DNA from: a virus
Taxonomy: Duplodnaviria; Caudoviricetes
Reading direction: 5' to 3' (one strand)
Virus record (IMG/VR): IMGVR_UViG_3300034175_000007
Coordinates: 1 to 50,910 of that record
Length of the DNA: 50,910 bases
The position numbers and the translations under genes are program-made. Under the pieces are notes generated by a model that did not search any database, was not told the DNA's origin, and saw only the letters and a program-made list of their open reading frames with translations. Each line of letters opens with the position of its first letter. Position 1 is the stretch's first letter. Below, piece after piece: positions 36,120 to 44,392 of this stretch.

Positions 36120-38633
36120 TTAAAACCAATCTGAAAGTGTTGCTTTTTTCTCAGTTGACCAACCGATCAAGCTGATGATATCGTTAATAGGCTCGAGGTA
36201 TGCCTTAGTGAACTGTCTCTCATAGTCGATGAATGAAGTAAGACCGAACTCGGGTGGCAACTCATTAATGACTGCGATGACATCCTCTCGGCTAGGATTA
36301 GGACGCTTAAGGAAGCCGTACTTCACCTTGTCACCATCGTAGATCTTCTCACGATCAGAGGTGAGCTTATGATCATCGATCAGCTTATTGTACATGAGAG
36401 ATGCACGAACATGTTGAGGAGTGGCTGACTTGTAGATACGAGCAGCGTCCTTATACTTGTTCATGTTCTTGACACCACGAGGGAATGCCACAACCTCGAA
36501 AGGCTGCTTACGGAACTCAGTTTTGAACTCCTGGATGTATTCCTGAAGCGCCTGTTCACCACCATGCATCATGATCTCGAAGGTCTTCTTCATAGCAGTC
36601 CGGACGATAGCTGGTGTAGAAGACTTAACGGCCGCAATGCCCATGATCTTCAGATACGGATCAGTGTAGATGGTGCCTTCGTCATCCACCAGACTCAGAA
36701 TGTAGAGCTTCTTAGCAACCCACATACCCTTGTCAGCAATAGACTCACGCTTCATCTTAAGCGCTGGCATAGCTGCACCGAGATACTCGTACAGCGACTC
36801 ACAAGACTTACGAATCACATCGTTGATCTTCTCCTTGCAGACCTTATCAACGAATTCAGCCACCTTAATACGATCTGCATCCTCATCAAAGATACGAGAT
36901 ACGAGAGCATCAAGGGTGACATAGAGCGAATCTGTATCCGAAGCTACGACGTAGTCCACATTGTCTGACTTGAGGATCTTATTCAGATACGCATTCACAT
37001 CACGAGCCACCCACTGAATAGCTAGCTGACCTGTATGCGTAATAGCTTCAGCGTGGTTAAGATCAAACCAACGGAACCACTGGTTACCGAGGGCTCCATA
37101 AGCGCTGTTTAGCTGAATCTTTCGTGCCATCTGGAGGTTGTTGTACTTAGCAACTAACTTCTCAGCATCCTCAATCTCTTCAGGTGTCTTAGCAGCTTTG
37201 AGTTGCTTCTTCGCATCCTTCATCAGATTCTTGAAGAGAACACGGTCATCGTACTTGGTCTTCATAAGCTTCGATAGGAAGCTCTGGAAGTCCTTTCGGT
37301 ACATGGTTAGATTTGCCCCTACAGCAATGTCCTTCCGGTCATGTGGTAGGTCTATAAGGCTAAGCTTACCAGCAAGGGCTGAATCCACGGACCAGCCAAT
37401 ACTAGACCATTTACCCATATACGTGTCTGGGCCAATGTTCAGAAGCATGATTAAGTGAGGGTACAGTGAGTCGAAATCGAAGGACGTTACCCACTTATAC
37501 ATGCCCGGGATGACCTCTTTCACATAGCCACCGTCAAGTGGACGGTCCATGTGCTTGACATCCTTAGGCGGTACGACGATACCCTGATCCATGAGGTAGT
37601 TGTGGATCATGACATCCCACTGACGAACTACTGCCAGCGTATCATTGTAGTTCACCTTAGCATCATACGCCAGGTAGAAGACCTGCTCGATGAAGCCCAT
37701 CTTCTGCTCTAGTCTATCGACAAGAACAACGTCATGGATGTTGTATTCGATGAACTTCTGATGGTCCTTCTCATACAACTCAAAGAGATCGCTATACTCA
37801 GTATAGTCGACCTTCTTCTCTTTCAGCTCGGTATGAGCGATAGTATTGAGCTTCCAGTCCTCCGAGTTCTTATAGCTGAACTTCTTATAGAGGTGCATGT
37901 AATCGAGGATGGCGATACCAACCGGGACGAAAGACTGATTCTCACGACCACGGATCTGGATAGTCTTCTCTTCGAGCATACCCCAAGGAGACAGGCGCTC
38001 AGCTACCTCATCACCGAGGAGCATCTTGATACGATTAACGATGTATGGAATGTCGAAGAACTCGATGTGCCATCCACTGATGACATCAAGATCGAAGTCC
38101 TCCCAGACACGAAGGAAGGCGTATAGGAGCTGCGCTTCGTTGTCACACTTGTTATAGACCGTGTTCTCGTCTAATGGTTTGAAGTCCTTATAGCCGAACA
38201 CGACGTTCTTACCATTCTTACGAAGGGTGATGGCCGTGATAACTGCTGTAGGATTAGTTGGATCGATACCGCCGACCTGCTTATCGGTCTCAATATCGAT
38301 GTAGCCTACGTTAATGACCTTAGGGTCGAAGTCGATGACTTGATCGTAGGAATTGTAGATGTACAGGGCTTCCCAGTCGGTTGAGCCATATACGTTAAAG
38401 TTCTCGATGCCCTCGTACTCTTTGACAAAGTTACGAGCCTCTGACATAGAGTCAAAGCGCATCTGGTTAAGGTACGTTCCTTGGAGAGATTTGTATTTGG
38501 TAACCTCTCCAGGCTTCGCGGGAATGAACAGATATGGATGGTAAGGAACCTTCGTAGTGGTACGCTTACCATCCTTGAAACCGCGAACTAGCAATTGATT
38601 ACGGTGACGGTACACAGACGTGTAGAACTTCAT
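36120..38633 (-). CDS. Family B DNA polymerase (T4 gp43-like), uninterrupted
   Basis: Exo DIET; pol SFDFDSLYP, KIQLNSAYG, SDTDS. Confidence 0.98.
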   Translation of the reverse strand: MKFYTSVYRHRNQLLVRGFKDGKRTTTKVPYHPYLFIPAKPGEVTKYKSLQGTYLNQMRFDSMSEARNFVKEYEGIENFNVYGSTDWEALYIYNSYDQVIDFDPKVINVGYIDIETDKQVGGIDPTNPTAVITAITLRKNGKNVVFGYKDFKPLDENTVYNKCDNEAQLLYAFLRVWEDFDLDVISGWHIEFFDIPYIVNRIKMLLGDEVAERLSPWGMLEEKTIQIRGRENQSFVPVGIAILDYMHLYKKFSYKNSEDWKLNTIAHTELKEKKVDYTEYSDLFELYEKDHQKFIEYNIHDVVLVDRLEQKMGFIEQVFYLAYDAKVNYNDTLAVVRQWDVMIHNYLMDQGIVVPPKDVKHMDRPLDGGYVKEVIPGMYKWVTSFDFDSLYPHLIMLLNIGPDTYMGKWSSIGWSVDSALAGKLSLIDLPHDRKDIAVGANLTMYRKDFQSFLSKLMKTKYDDRVLFKNLMKDAKKQLKAAKTPEEIEDAEKLVAKYNNLQMARKIQLNSAYGALGNQWFRWFDLNHAEAITHTGQLAIQWVARDVNAYLNKILKSDNVDYVVASDTDSLYVTLDALVSRIFDEDADRIKVAEFVDKVCKEKINDVIRKSCESLYEYLGAAMPALKMKRESIADKGMWVAKKLYILSLVDDEGTIYTDPYLKIMGIAAVKSSTPAIVRTAMKKTFEIMMHGGEQALQEYIQEFKTEFRKQPFEVVAFPRGVKNMNKYKDAARIYKSATPQHVRASLMYNKLIDDHKLTSDREKIYDGDKVKYGFLKRPNPSREDVIAVINELPPEFGLTSFIDYERQFTKAYLEPINDIISLIGWSTEKKATLSDWF

Positions 38634-38662
38634 TGTTACTCCATCAATTTAAGGATCCCTGC

Positions 38663-38691
38663 ATTATAACTTAGTTATGCAGAAATGTCAA
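38663..38691 (-). promoter_or_regulatory. Consensus sigma70 promoter for the DNA polymerase; one of a recurring TTGACATTT class
   Basis: TTGACA-TTTCTGCATAACTAAGT-TATAAT; similar elements near 1245, 3775, 5895, 9240, 12148, 14987, 16515, 23557, 34443, 35650 and 48886. Confidence 0.8.
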
Positions 38692-38695
38692 TACA

Positions 38696-39301
38696 TTATA
38701 GTAGTTTAAGAGCACGTGCGTATAGAAGCTTCCTGTCATCTAGACCATTGGTTCCGCCATTGATCTTCTTAGTAACTGTCACGATGTCACCAACATCAGC
38801 GTGAGCATTCAGACCACGTGAGTCCCAATACCAACCGGCCGACATGACTGCACCTAGTGAAGTCTCTAGCCAAGCGATCGTTGTTTCGATCGATCCATGA
38901 CCCATCGCGTACTGAAGCTTCGAGTAGTTCTCTTTGCCAGTGATCTGAATAGCACCACGACCACGGAACTTCCAACCGTCGCCTGACTTCTCAGGACCGT
39001 TACCCATACGATTAGCATAGACACGATTAGCGATACGCTCTGGCTGACGATGATACGCAGTAGCGATTGAAGCATCGAAGTACTTCGGGAAGACACGACG
39101 AAGACCGTCTGCGCCGTAGTTCAGATTCTCACGAACAGCAGTCAGATTAGCAGACTCATGACCGACCTGAGCTAGGAACATCGCTTGTCGCGACTTAGTA
39201 CTGATATTGTACTTCTCGAATGTAGCGTTGAGTGGGTCCACATAGTTACCCACAATCTTGTTAGCTGGGAACATCTTCCTTAGCTGATCTAGCTTGATCA
39301 T
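38696..39301 (-). CDS. Glycoside hydrolase family 19 endolysin
   Basis: AMFLAQVGHES, ENLNY, FRGRGAIQITGKENY, INGGTNGLDDR; AGGAG RBS before MIKLD. Confidence 0.92.
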   Translation of the reverse strand: MIKLDQLRKMFPANKIVGNYVDPLNATFEKYNISTKSRQAMFLAQVGHESANLTAVRENLNYGADGLRRVFPKYFDASIATAYHRQPERIANRVYANRMGNGPEKSGDGWKFRGRGAIQITGKENYSKLQYAMGHGSIETTIAWLETSLGAVMSAGWYWDSRGLNAHADVGDIVTVTKKINGGTNGLDDRKLLYARALKLL

Positions 39302-39352
39302 AATCGTCTCCTGTTGTAGCGTATATTTAGTACGTAACAACAAGGATATATC

Positions 39353-39709
39353 ATGCCGTTTTTATCATCGATATGGTTTAAGCTCGGAGCAGCTGCAGTA
39401 GCTATTGCGCTAATCTTCGCGGCTTATACCAGTCACGTTAACGGAATCAAGAATCAGCAGAAGATGGAGGATACAAACAAAGAGCTTATCCAAGCCATGG
39501 CTGATATCAAGATCCTACAACAGAAGACCGAAGCTCTCGATCAAGCTCAGTCTGCGATGCTGATAGAACTGAATAAGAAGAACGCTGCTGTCGTAACTAG
39601 GCAGGAGACGATCAGGACCTATCTACAATCTGATGACGCGAAGAAGTCAGATCGACCATCTTCAGACGTGATCAAAGAGACAGTGAGAAGGCTATCAAAT
39701 GCGCAGTAA
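39353..39709 (+). CDS. Inner-membrane spanin (Rz-like)
   Basis: N-terminal TM plus coiled coil; overlaps a lipoprotein gene; adjacent to the endolysin. Confidence 0.75.
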   Translation: MPFLSSIWFKLGAAAVAIALIFAAYTSHVNGIKNQQKMEDTNKELIQAMADIKILQQKTEALDQAQSAMLIELNKKNAAVVTRQETIRTYLQSDDAKKSDRPSSDVIKETVRRLSNAQ

Positions 39710-39977
39710 GTTCCTATTCCTATCAGCGCTTCTGATGTTAGCTGGATGTAACGGCCGAGCCTATCAGCCGATCAAGACCGAGTATAAGGTCGTCAAGCCT
39801 GATGAGTCGATGTACGTATGTAACGTATCTCAGCTACCCGATCCATCAACACTAACAGACGTACAGGTAGCAGCTCTTATCAACGATCTTTATGCGAATG
39901 CTAGCATCTGTAAGAACAATATGGAAGCGATCCATAAGTACCTCGACACTGCCGAGAAGATCTTCCAGTCCAAGTAA
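39699..39977 (+). CDS. Outer-membrane lipoprotein spanin (Rz1-like)
   Basis: Lipobox LAGC; two downstream Cys residues. Confidence 0.8.
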   Translation: MRSKFLFLSALLMLAGCNGRAYQPIKTEYKVVKPDESMYVCNVSQLPDPSTLTDVQVAALINDLYANASICKNNMEAIHKYLDTAEKIFQSK

Positions 39978-39982
39978 CACAA

Positions 39983-40014
39983 ATGGCGCTGAATCAATTA
40001 AGACTCAGCGCCAT
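39983..40014. terminator. Hairpin between convergent spanin and tRNA/ncRNA transcripts
   Basis: ATGGCGCTGA...TCAGCGCCAT inverted repeat. Confidence 0.7.
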
Positions 40015-40020
40015 AGTTGT

Positions 40021-40280
40021 ATTAGTAGTGTGCTGTTACGCCAAATGCTCTAAGGGTCTGACCGAATCATTGGGACGTACTCAGGTGCCAACCCATCTCG
40101 TTCCCTTAGTATCCGCCCACGAGGAATACATAATTCAGTAGCTGATAGCTCTATGGACTTTGCCTTTGCCGACTCCCTAGCGAGTACTGCTTCGCCCTCT
40201 GTTGGCACGTTTCTTGGGCTAGCCTCGTCGCTTCGCAACTCTTTAAATGATGGCTGCCTCTAAGCCAACATCCTGCTAAT
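40021..40280 (-). ncRNA. 23S rRNA H43-H44 (L11-binding GTPase centre) mimic RNA with a ~196-nt insertion
   Basis: CAGGATGTTGGCTTAGAGGCAGCCATCATTTAAAGAGT...insert...GCGTAACAGCACACT, closed by ATTAG/CTAAT. Confidence 0.8.
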
Positions 40281-40286
40281 CTAATA

Positions 40287-40362
40287 TGGTATCCGTGGAG
40301 AGACTCGAACCCTCACTGTACACGTTTTGAGTGTGCTGCCTCTACCGTTGGGCCACACGGAC
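40287..40362 (-). tRNA. tRNA-Leu(CAA), short variable arm
   Basis: CT-CAA-AA loop, CCA. Confidence 0.85.
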
Positions 40363-40560
40363 ATAGTCGTTTGGAACTGTCTTAATGGAGATTAGAACGT
40401 ATGCTGTTGCGAACTTGTCGATCTGATCCTCGATGACTTCTTCAGTAGTACCAAGCGGCCAACTGAAAAATGAAGTGATGAGATGCTGAGGACGATCGTG
40501 TACATGTCCGATTAGTTCAAGCTTATAGATCAACATTATGTACGCTCCATGCAGAATGAA

Positions 40561-40636
40561 TGGTACCTACGACGAGACTCGAACTCGCACTGAATACAAC
40601 CTCAGTGTATTGCCTCTGCCGTTGGGCTACGTAGGC
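40561..40636 (-). tRNA. tRNA-Leu(GAG), short variable arm
   Basis: CT-GAG-GT loop, CCA. Confidence 0.85.
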
Positions 40637-40762
40637 ACGGTATTATCTCGGACACCCTCATAACCTCTTACTCTTGGGTGACGTGTCTTGTTTTCGCATA
40701 TGCAGGCATCGAAGGCTAATCCACCCCGCAACGGACACCGGCCGCTAAGCCGCGAGAATTCA

Positions 40763-40836
40763 TGGTGCTTCCACCGGGAATCGAACCCAGATCGAATCCG
40801 TACCAAGGATTCATTCTACCATTGAAATATGGAAGC
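40763..40836 (-). tRNA. tRNA-Thr(GGT)
   Basis: TT-GGT-AC loop, CCA. Confidence 0.9.
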
Positions 40837-40842
40837 ATTAGA

Positions 40843-40918
40843 TGGTGCTGGTAAGAGGAATCGAACCCCTGGCCTGCTGAGTACGAAACAGCCGCTCTAC
40901 CATTTGAGCTATACCAGC
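40843..40918 (-). tRNA. tRNA-Thr(CGT)
   Basis: TT-CGT-AC loop, CCA. Confidence 0.9.
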
Positions 40919-40919
40919 G

Positions 40920-41144
40920 TTAACTTAAATCTACTTCGATGATCACCGGCTTGAACTTTGGATTAAGATTCGGTGACCTAGTTAGCAGCTGATCAGTGAG
41001 GTATGCCTCGATCATTTCAGCGCTCTTATGTTCAGCATCACGACATGCCCGACTTACGGCTTGCGCATCAGACATGATAGTCCAGGCTTTGGCAGAAGCC
41101 TCAACTAAGTCTGCATGCTGATCTAGTAGTTCATCGAGAGTCAT
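40920..41144 (-). CDS. Hypothetical protein
   Basis: AAGGA RBS; ATGA overlap with the HNH gene. Confidence 0.55.
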   Translation of the reverse strand: MTLDELLDQHADLVEASAKAWTIMSDAQAVSRACRDAEHKSAEMIEAYLTDQLLTRSPNLNPKFKPVIIEVDLS

Positions 41145-41521
41145 AATGTATCCTTAATCTTACGTTTACCGCCAGCAATTTTCATCATGGCTAGATACTC
41201 TGCTTCACCGTACTTTTCAACAGTACGTTGGTGTAGAGACTTATAAGTTCCATTAGCAACTTGATCCTGGTGGTTCTCTTTAGGCGTGCCCCAGTAGTGA
41301 TGCCTAGGATTAGAACATCTACCATTGTTACACGCATGACATAATTGAATGCCATGACCAGCAGGAACGCTTGTTCCTAAGAACAGAGATAACCGACCTC
41401 TGTTTATATGATGAAGACTACCTTCGTTTTCACACAATCCGTTTATGCATGGATCAGTTAAAACCAAATGCTTTTGTCTATCGCATTTAGGTAACAGTAT
41501 GTATTCTCTAATGTTTATCAT
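41141..41521 (-). CDS. HNH homing-endonuclease-like protein inside the tRNA array
   Basis: LCHACNNGRCSNPRHHYWGTPKENH; AT-richer than its surroundings. Confidence 0.75.
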   Translation of the reverse strand: MINIREYILLPKCDRQKHLVLTDPCINGLCENEGSLHHINRGRLSLFLGTSVPAGHGIQLCHACNNGRCSNPRHHYWGTPKENHQDQVANGTYKSLHQRTVEKYGEAEYLAMMKIAGGKRKIKDTL

Positions 41522-41597
41522 GGTGGTTGCTACAGGGATTGAACCTGTGACCTTTACAATGTCAATGTAACGCTACTACCAGCTGAGCTAAGCAACC
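41521..41597 (-). tRNA. tRNA-Val(GAC)
   Basis: TT-GAC-AT loop, CCA. Confidence 0.9.
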
Positions 41598-41606
41598 ACT
41601 ACTTTA

Positions 41607-42035
41607 TTAGTCGGGAAGCAGACTCTTCGCGATAGCGTTAAGAGCCGAACCGATCTTGTTGTATACCATGCTGAAGAACTCGTAAGCGACATCAGCGAAC
41701 ATCGTATAGATCAGATTGAAAGGCCAGAAGATGGCCCACATCATAAGGTTGCCCTTATTGTCAGTAACATTCGGACGGTACGTAGTACCCGAACCAAAGA
41801 GACCAACCGTAAGCTTATCACGGAGACTCTGACGAACTTCTTCGTAAGTACGCTTGGTACCCCAACGATTCTGTTCTGCCGTAACATCAGCTTCAGTGAT
41901 AGCCGCAACTCGACTGCGAAGCTTGAGGATCAGGTAAGTCCACTTAGCTACCGCATAAACGATACCACCAGCCAGATAGATCAGCATGATGGGAATGTAG
42001 AAGTCGACAACAAAGTCAACCAATGTATTGATCAT
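41607..42035 (-). CDS. Membrane protein
   Basis: Two hydrophobic segments, WAIFWPF. Confidence 0.6.
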   Translation of the reverse strand: MINTLVDFVVDFYIPIMLIYLAGGIVYAVAKWTYLILKLRSRVAAITEADVTAEQNRWGTKRTYEEVRQSLRDKLTVGLFGSGTTYRPNVTDNKGNLMMWAIFWPFNLIYTMFADVAYEFFSMVYNKIGSALNAIAKSLLPD

Positions 42036-42060
42036 TATATAACCTCTGTTAAGGAATTCA

Positions 42061-42126
42061 CAGGCATGGTTTTGTCCGCTAAGACATCCATTGTTTAAGC
42101 GTTTTTGAGTTGCTGTAACATGCCTA
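42061..42126 (-). ncRNA. CAGCAA-stem RNA 7 (remote copy inside the tRNA array, similar to RNA 4)
   Basis: AGGCATG-TTACAGCAACTC...CGCT...TAGCGGACAAAAC-CATGCCTG. Confidence 0.72.
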
Positions 42127-42132
42127 AAGTAG

Positions 42133-42212
42133 TGGTCCCCCGTGTGGAGCTCGAATCCACATTATCCAAATTGAAAGCTTGGTGTCCTAGTCCTATTTTA
42201 GACGAACGGGAG
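42133..42212 (-). tRNA. tRNA-Glu(TTC)
   Basis: CT-TTC-AA loop, CCA. Confidence 0.85.
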
Positions 42213-42332
42213 ATATCTTCTTGAGTCTGTTTTCAGACGCTGTAATAACCGCTTGGGCTATAGCTATCTGACGTTGAGAGACTACAATTGCAGCATATAA
42301 CTGCGACTCAACGTTATTCATGATCTTTGGGA

Positions 42333-42602
42333 TCATATTCCTGTATACTTCTTTGGATCGTAGCCGATCTGGTCTAGGAGAAGATGCATACCTACTCGTG
42401 TAAGTGGGCCTGGCCTCTCGACTATAGAGATCTTGAGGACCTTTTCGAAGTCATCAATAAGCTCGGTCATCAATACTTTATCGACTTCGTAGAAGCCTTG
42501 GTTAAAGCGTAACAGCTTGACGCTATTTGCTTCACCAGGATCACCCGAAGGAACACAGTATCGCATCCACTGGACGATCTGATCGATAGAAGGATGTTCC
42601 AT
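42333..42602 (-). CDS. Hypothetical protein
   Basis: ORF filling a tRNA spacer. Confidence 0.5.
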   Translation of the reverse strand: MEHPSIDQIVQWMRYCVPSGDPGEANSVKLLRFNQGFYEVDKVLMTELIDDFEKVLKISIVERPGPLTRVGMHLLLDQIGYDPKKYTGI

Positions 42603-42619
42603 TTCGATCTTTCATGATG

Positions 42620-42704
42620 TGGTACCCTGCAAGGGACTCGAACCCTCACGTCTTTCGACACTAGGACCTAAACCTAGCGTGTCTGCCAATTCCACCAACA
42701 GGGC
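42620..42704 (-). tRNA. tRNA-Leu(TAG), long variable arm
   Basis: TT-TAG-GT loop, CCA. Confidence 0.92.
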
Positions 42705-42714
42705 ATGAACTATA

Positions 42715-42791
42715 TGGTGACTCCACCGGGATTTGAACCCGGGTTCTCAGCTTGAGAGGCTGGCGTCCTAGACCTACTAGACGATGGAGCC
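42715..42791 (-). tRNA. tRNA-Glu(CTC)
   Basis: CT-CTC-AA loop, CCA. Confidence 0.9.
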
Positions 42792-42792
42792 A

Positions 42793-42877
42793 TGGTGGGT
42801 TGTATAGGGTTCGAACCTATCATGCCCGAAGGCGGCAGGGTTACAGCCTGCTGTCTCTCCACTGAGACGTACAACCC
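42793..42877 (-). tRNA. tRNA-Tyr(GTA)
   Basis: CT-GTA-AC loop, long variable arm, CCA. Confidence 0.88.
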
Positions 42878-42885
42878 ATTAAAAA

Positions 42886-42963
42886 TGGTGGATCAACTGG
42901 GACTTGAACCCAGAACCTGCCGCTTAAGAGGCGGATGCTCTAACCAATTGTAGCTATTGATCC
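42886..42963 (-). tRNA. tRNA-Lys(CTT)
   Basis: CT-CTT-AA loop, CCA. Confidence 0.88.
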
Positions 42964-42997
42964 ATTATGTAGTAGTATATATACGACTCGTACTATT

Positions 42998-43243
42998 TTA
43001 CGAGTGTAATTTTTGCCATGCAGAACCGAGTGTCGCAAGGCCTTCGCCGGACAGCATTACGTTCCACATGATGCGAGACATCTCTTTAGGACTTTCCGCT
43101 TTCTGGATATCTAACAGAAGATGCTGCTTCTTCGAAGCTTTGGTCTTCGTATTCTTGATCAAATCGATACAGACTTCGTTAGCCTGTAGATGATCCATAG
43201 CTTCGATAGACCGGAGCACTTCCGGGTCGAATAACTCTTTCAT
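42998..43243 (-). CDS. Hypothetical protein
   Basis: ORF with upstream promoter-like element. Confidence 0.55.
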   Translation of the reverse strand: MKELFDPEVLRSIEAMDHLQANEVCIDLIKNTKTKASKKQHLLLDIQKAESPKEMSRIMWNVMLSGEGLATLGSAWQKLHS

Positions 43244-43334
43244 GATGTAGAAGTTCCCTCAGCTTTATGTAGCTGGTAGGTCCCTTATATACTAATGTCT
43301 TAGTAATGTAAAGGACTTTTTTCACTTTTGTTTA

Positions 43335-43408
43335 TGGTGTGGCTACAGGGAATCGAACCCTGGTAAGAAGGACCACAACCGACTGCTCTACCACTGAGCT
43401 ATAGCCAC
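43335..43408 (-). tRNA. tRNA-His(GTG) with A73 discriminator; weak anticodon stem
   Basis: GTGGCTA/TAGCCAC-A-CCA; TT-GTG-GT loop. Confidence 0.8.
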
Positions 43409-43526
43409 CACAAACTCTTAAACCCTGCAGCGCCTTCGGACTTTTACCGCTATTTTGAATACCACCGGTCCTGCTCCGAGTGGCCTAGTTTTATCTCTAC
43501 CATATACGATCGATACTTAGTAGAGT

Positions 43527-43703
43527 TTATGGAAATGTCGATCCAGAACCTGTGTGGTCTGGTACTTCCTTATTCTTTCGTCCCGACTGCCATCTTTTGT
43601 AGCGATTGATAGAATCGCAGGTCGTATTGATCAGCCAGAGGCTTGTTAGAATGAACCAAATGATCGGTCCGCCGACTGATACAATCAAGTTGACGACTTG
43701 CAT
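43527..43703 (-). CDS. 58-aa membrane protein
   Basis: MQVVNLIVSVGGPIIWFILTSLWLI...; GAGG RBS. Confidence 0.5.
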   Translation of the reverse strand: MQVVNLIVSVGGPIIWFILTSLWLINTTCDSINRYKRWQSGRKNKEVPDHTGSGSTFP

Positions 43704-43716
43704 AAGACCTCGTAGA

Positions 43717-43792
43717 TGGCGTCCATGACTGGATTCGAACCAGCAACCAATCGCTTAGGAGGCGAACGCTCATCCAGTTGAGCTTCATGGAC
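43717..43792 (-). tRNA. tRNA-Arg(CCT)
   Basis: CT-CCT-AA loop, CCA. Confidence 0.9.
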
Positions 43793-43796
43793 GTAT

Positions 43797-43870
43797 TGGA
43801 TCTTCCTCTTGGATTCGAACCAAGGTTGGCGGGGTCAAAGGCCGCTGTCCTGCCGTTAGACGAAGGAAGA
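43797..43870 (-). tRNA. tRNA-Gln(TTG)
   Basis: CT-TTG-AC loop, CCA. Confidence 0.88.
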
Positions 43871-43878
43871 ATGAACTG

Positions 43879-44214
43879 TTAATCTACAGCAGCGATCAGA
43901 TGCTGTAGGCTCTCTTTCTTAGAGAGGCGGATGGTCTTATCACCATGGAACTTGTAGCCCCAGAAGTCGCCAGCATTATCACCTTCGACTGAGCCGAAGA
44001 CTACGACACCGTGTGAGTTTGCAGACTCTAGAAGAACCTGTACTTCATCATCCCAGAGGAAGTCCATGTGCTCCATAGCATCATAGTCGAACTCGATCTT
44101 ACCATCGCAGATATCGATATTGTGACCCTCAGGTTCTACGAGATCGATGAGCTTATCTTGCACATCTTCCGGAACAACGAGGGTATTAAGAATAACGCCG
44201 ATTGACCATGCCAT
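43879..44214 (-). CDS. Acidic hypothetical protein
   Basis: ORF with AGGA RBS. Confidence 0.6.
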   Translation of the reverse strand: MAWSIGVILNTLVVPEDVQDKLIDLVEPEGHNIDICDGKIEFDYDAMEHMDFLWDDEVQVLLESANSHGVVVFGSVEGDNAGDFWGYKFHGDKTIRLSKKESLQHLIAAVD

Positions 44215-44233
44215 AATGTATCATCCTGAAAGT

Positions 44234-44309
44234 TGGTACTCCCAGAGGGATTCGAACCCCCGACCCGGCTCTTATGAGGAGCTGGCACTGACCGCTGTGC
44301 TATGAGAGT
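44234..44309 (-). tRNA. tRNA-Met/Ile2(CAT)
   Basis: CT-CAT-AA loop, CCA. Confidence 0.85.
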
Positions 44310-44315
44310 ATCGAT

Positions 44316-44391
44316 TGGTACCCGCTGTGGGACTTGAACCCACAAATTTAGAATTTTAAGTTCCTTGCCTCTGCCATTCGGCTAAGCGGGC
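44316..44391 (-). tRNA. tRNA-Leu(TAA), short variable arm
   Basis: CT-TAA-AA loop, CCA. Confidence 0.85.
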
Positions 44392-44392
44392 A

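Noticed and set aside
738-38544. Numerous plus-strand ORFs antisense to real genes
   Set aside because: Shadow ORFs arising from codon bias of the minus-strand genes; no RBS or recognisable motifs.
17752-38633. Introns or inteins in nrdA, nrdB, helicase, UvsX or DNA polymerase
   Set aside because: All have normal lengths and continuous motifs.
40021-40280. A true rRNA gene or host rRNA contamination; also the 62-aa track ORF 40050-40238
   Set aside because: Only H43-H44 is recognisable, it is split by an insert and embedded in phage tRNA context; the ORF lacks an RBS and lies inside the structured RNA.
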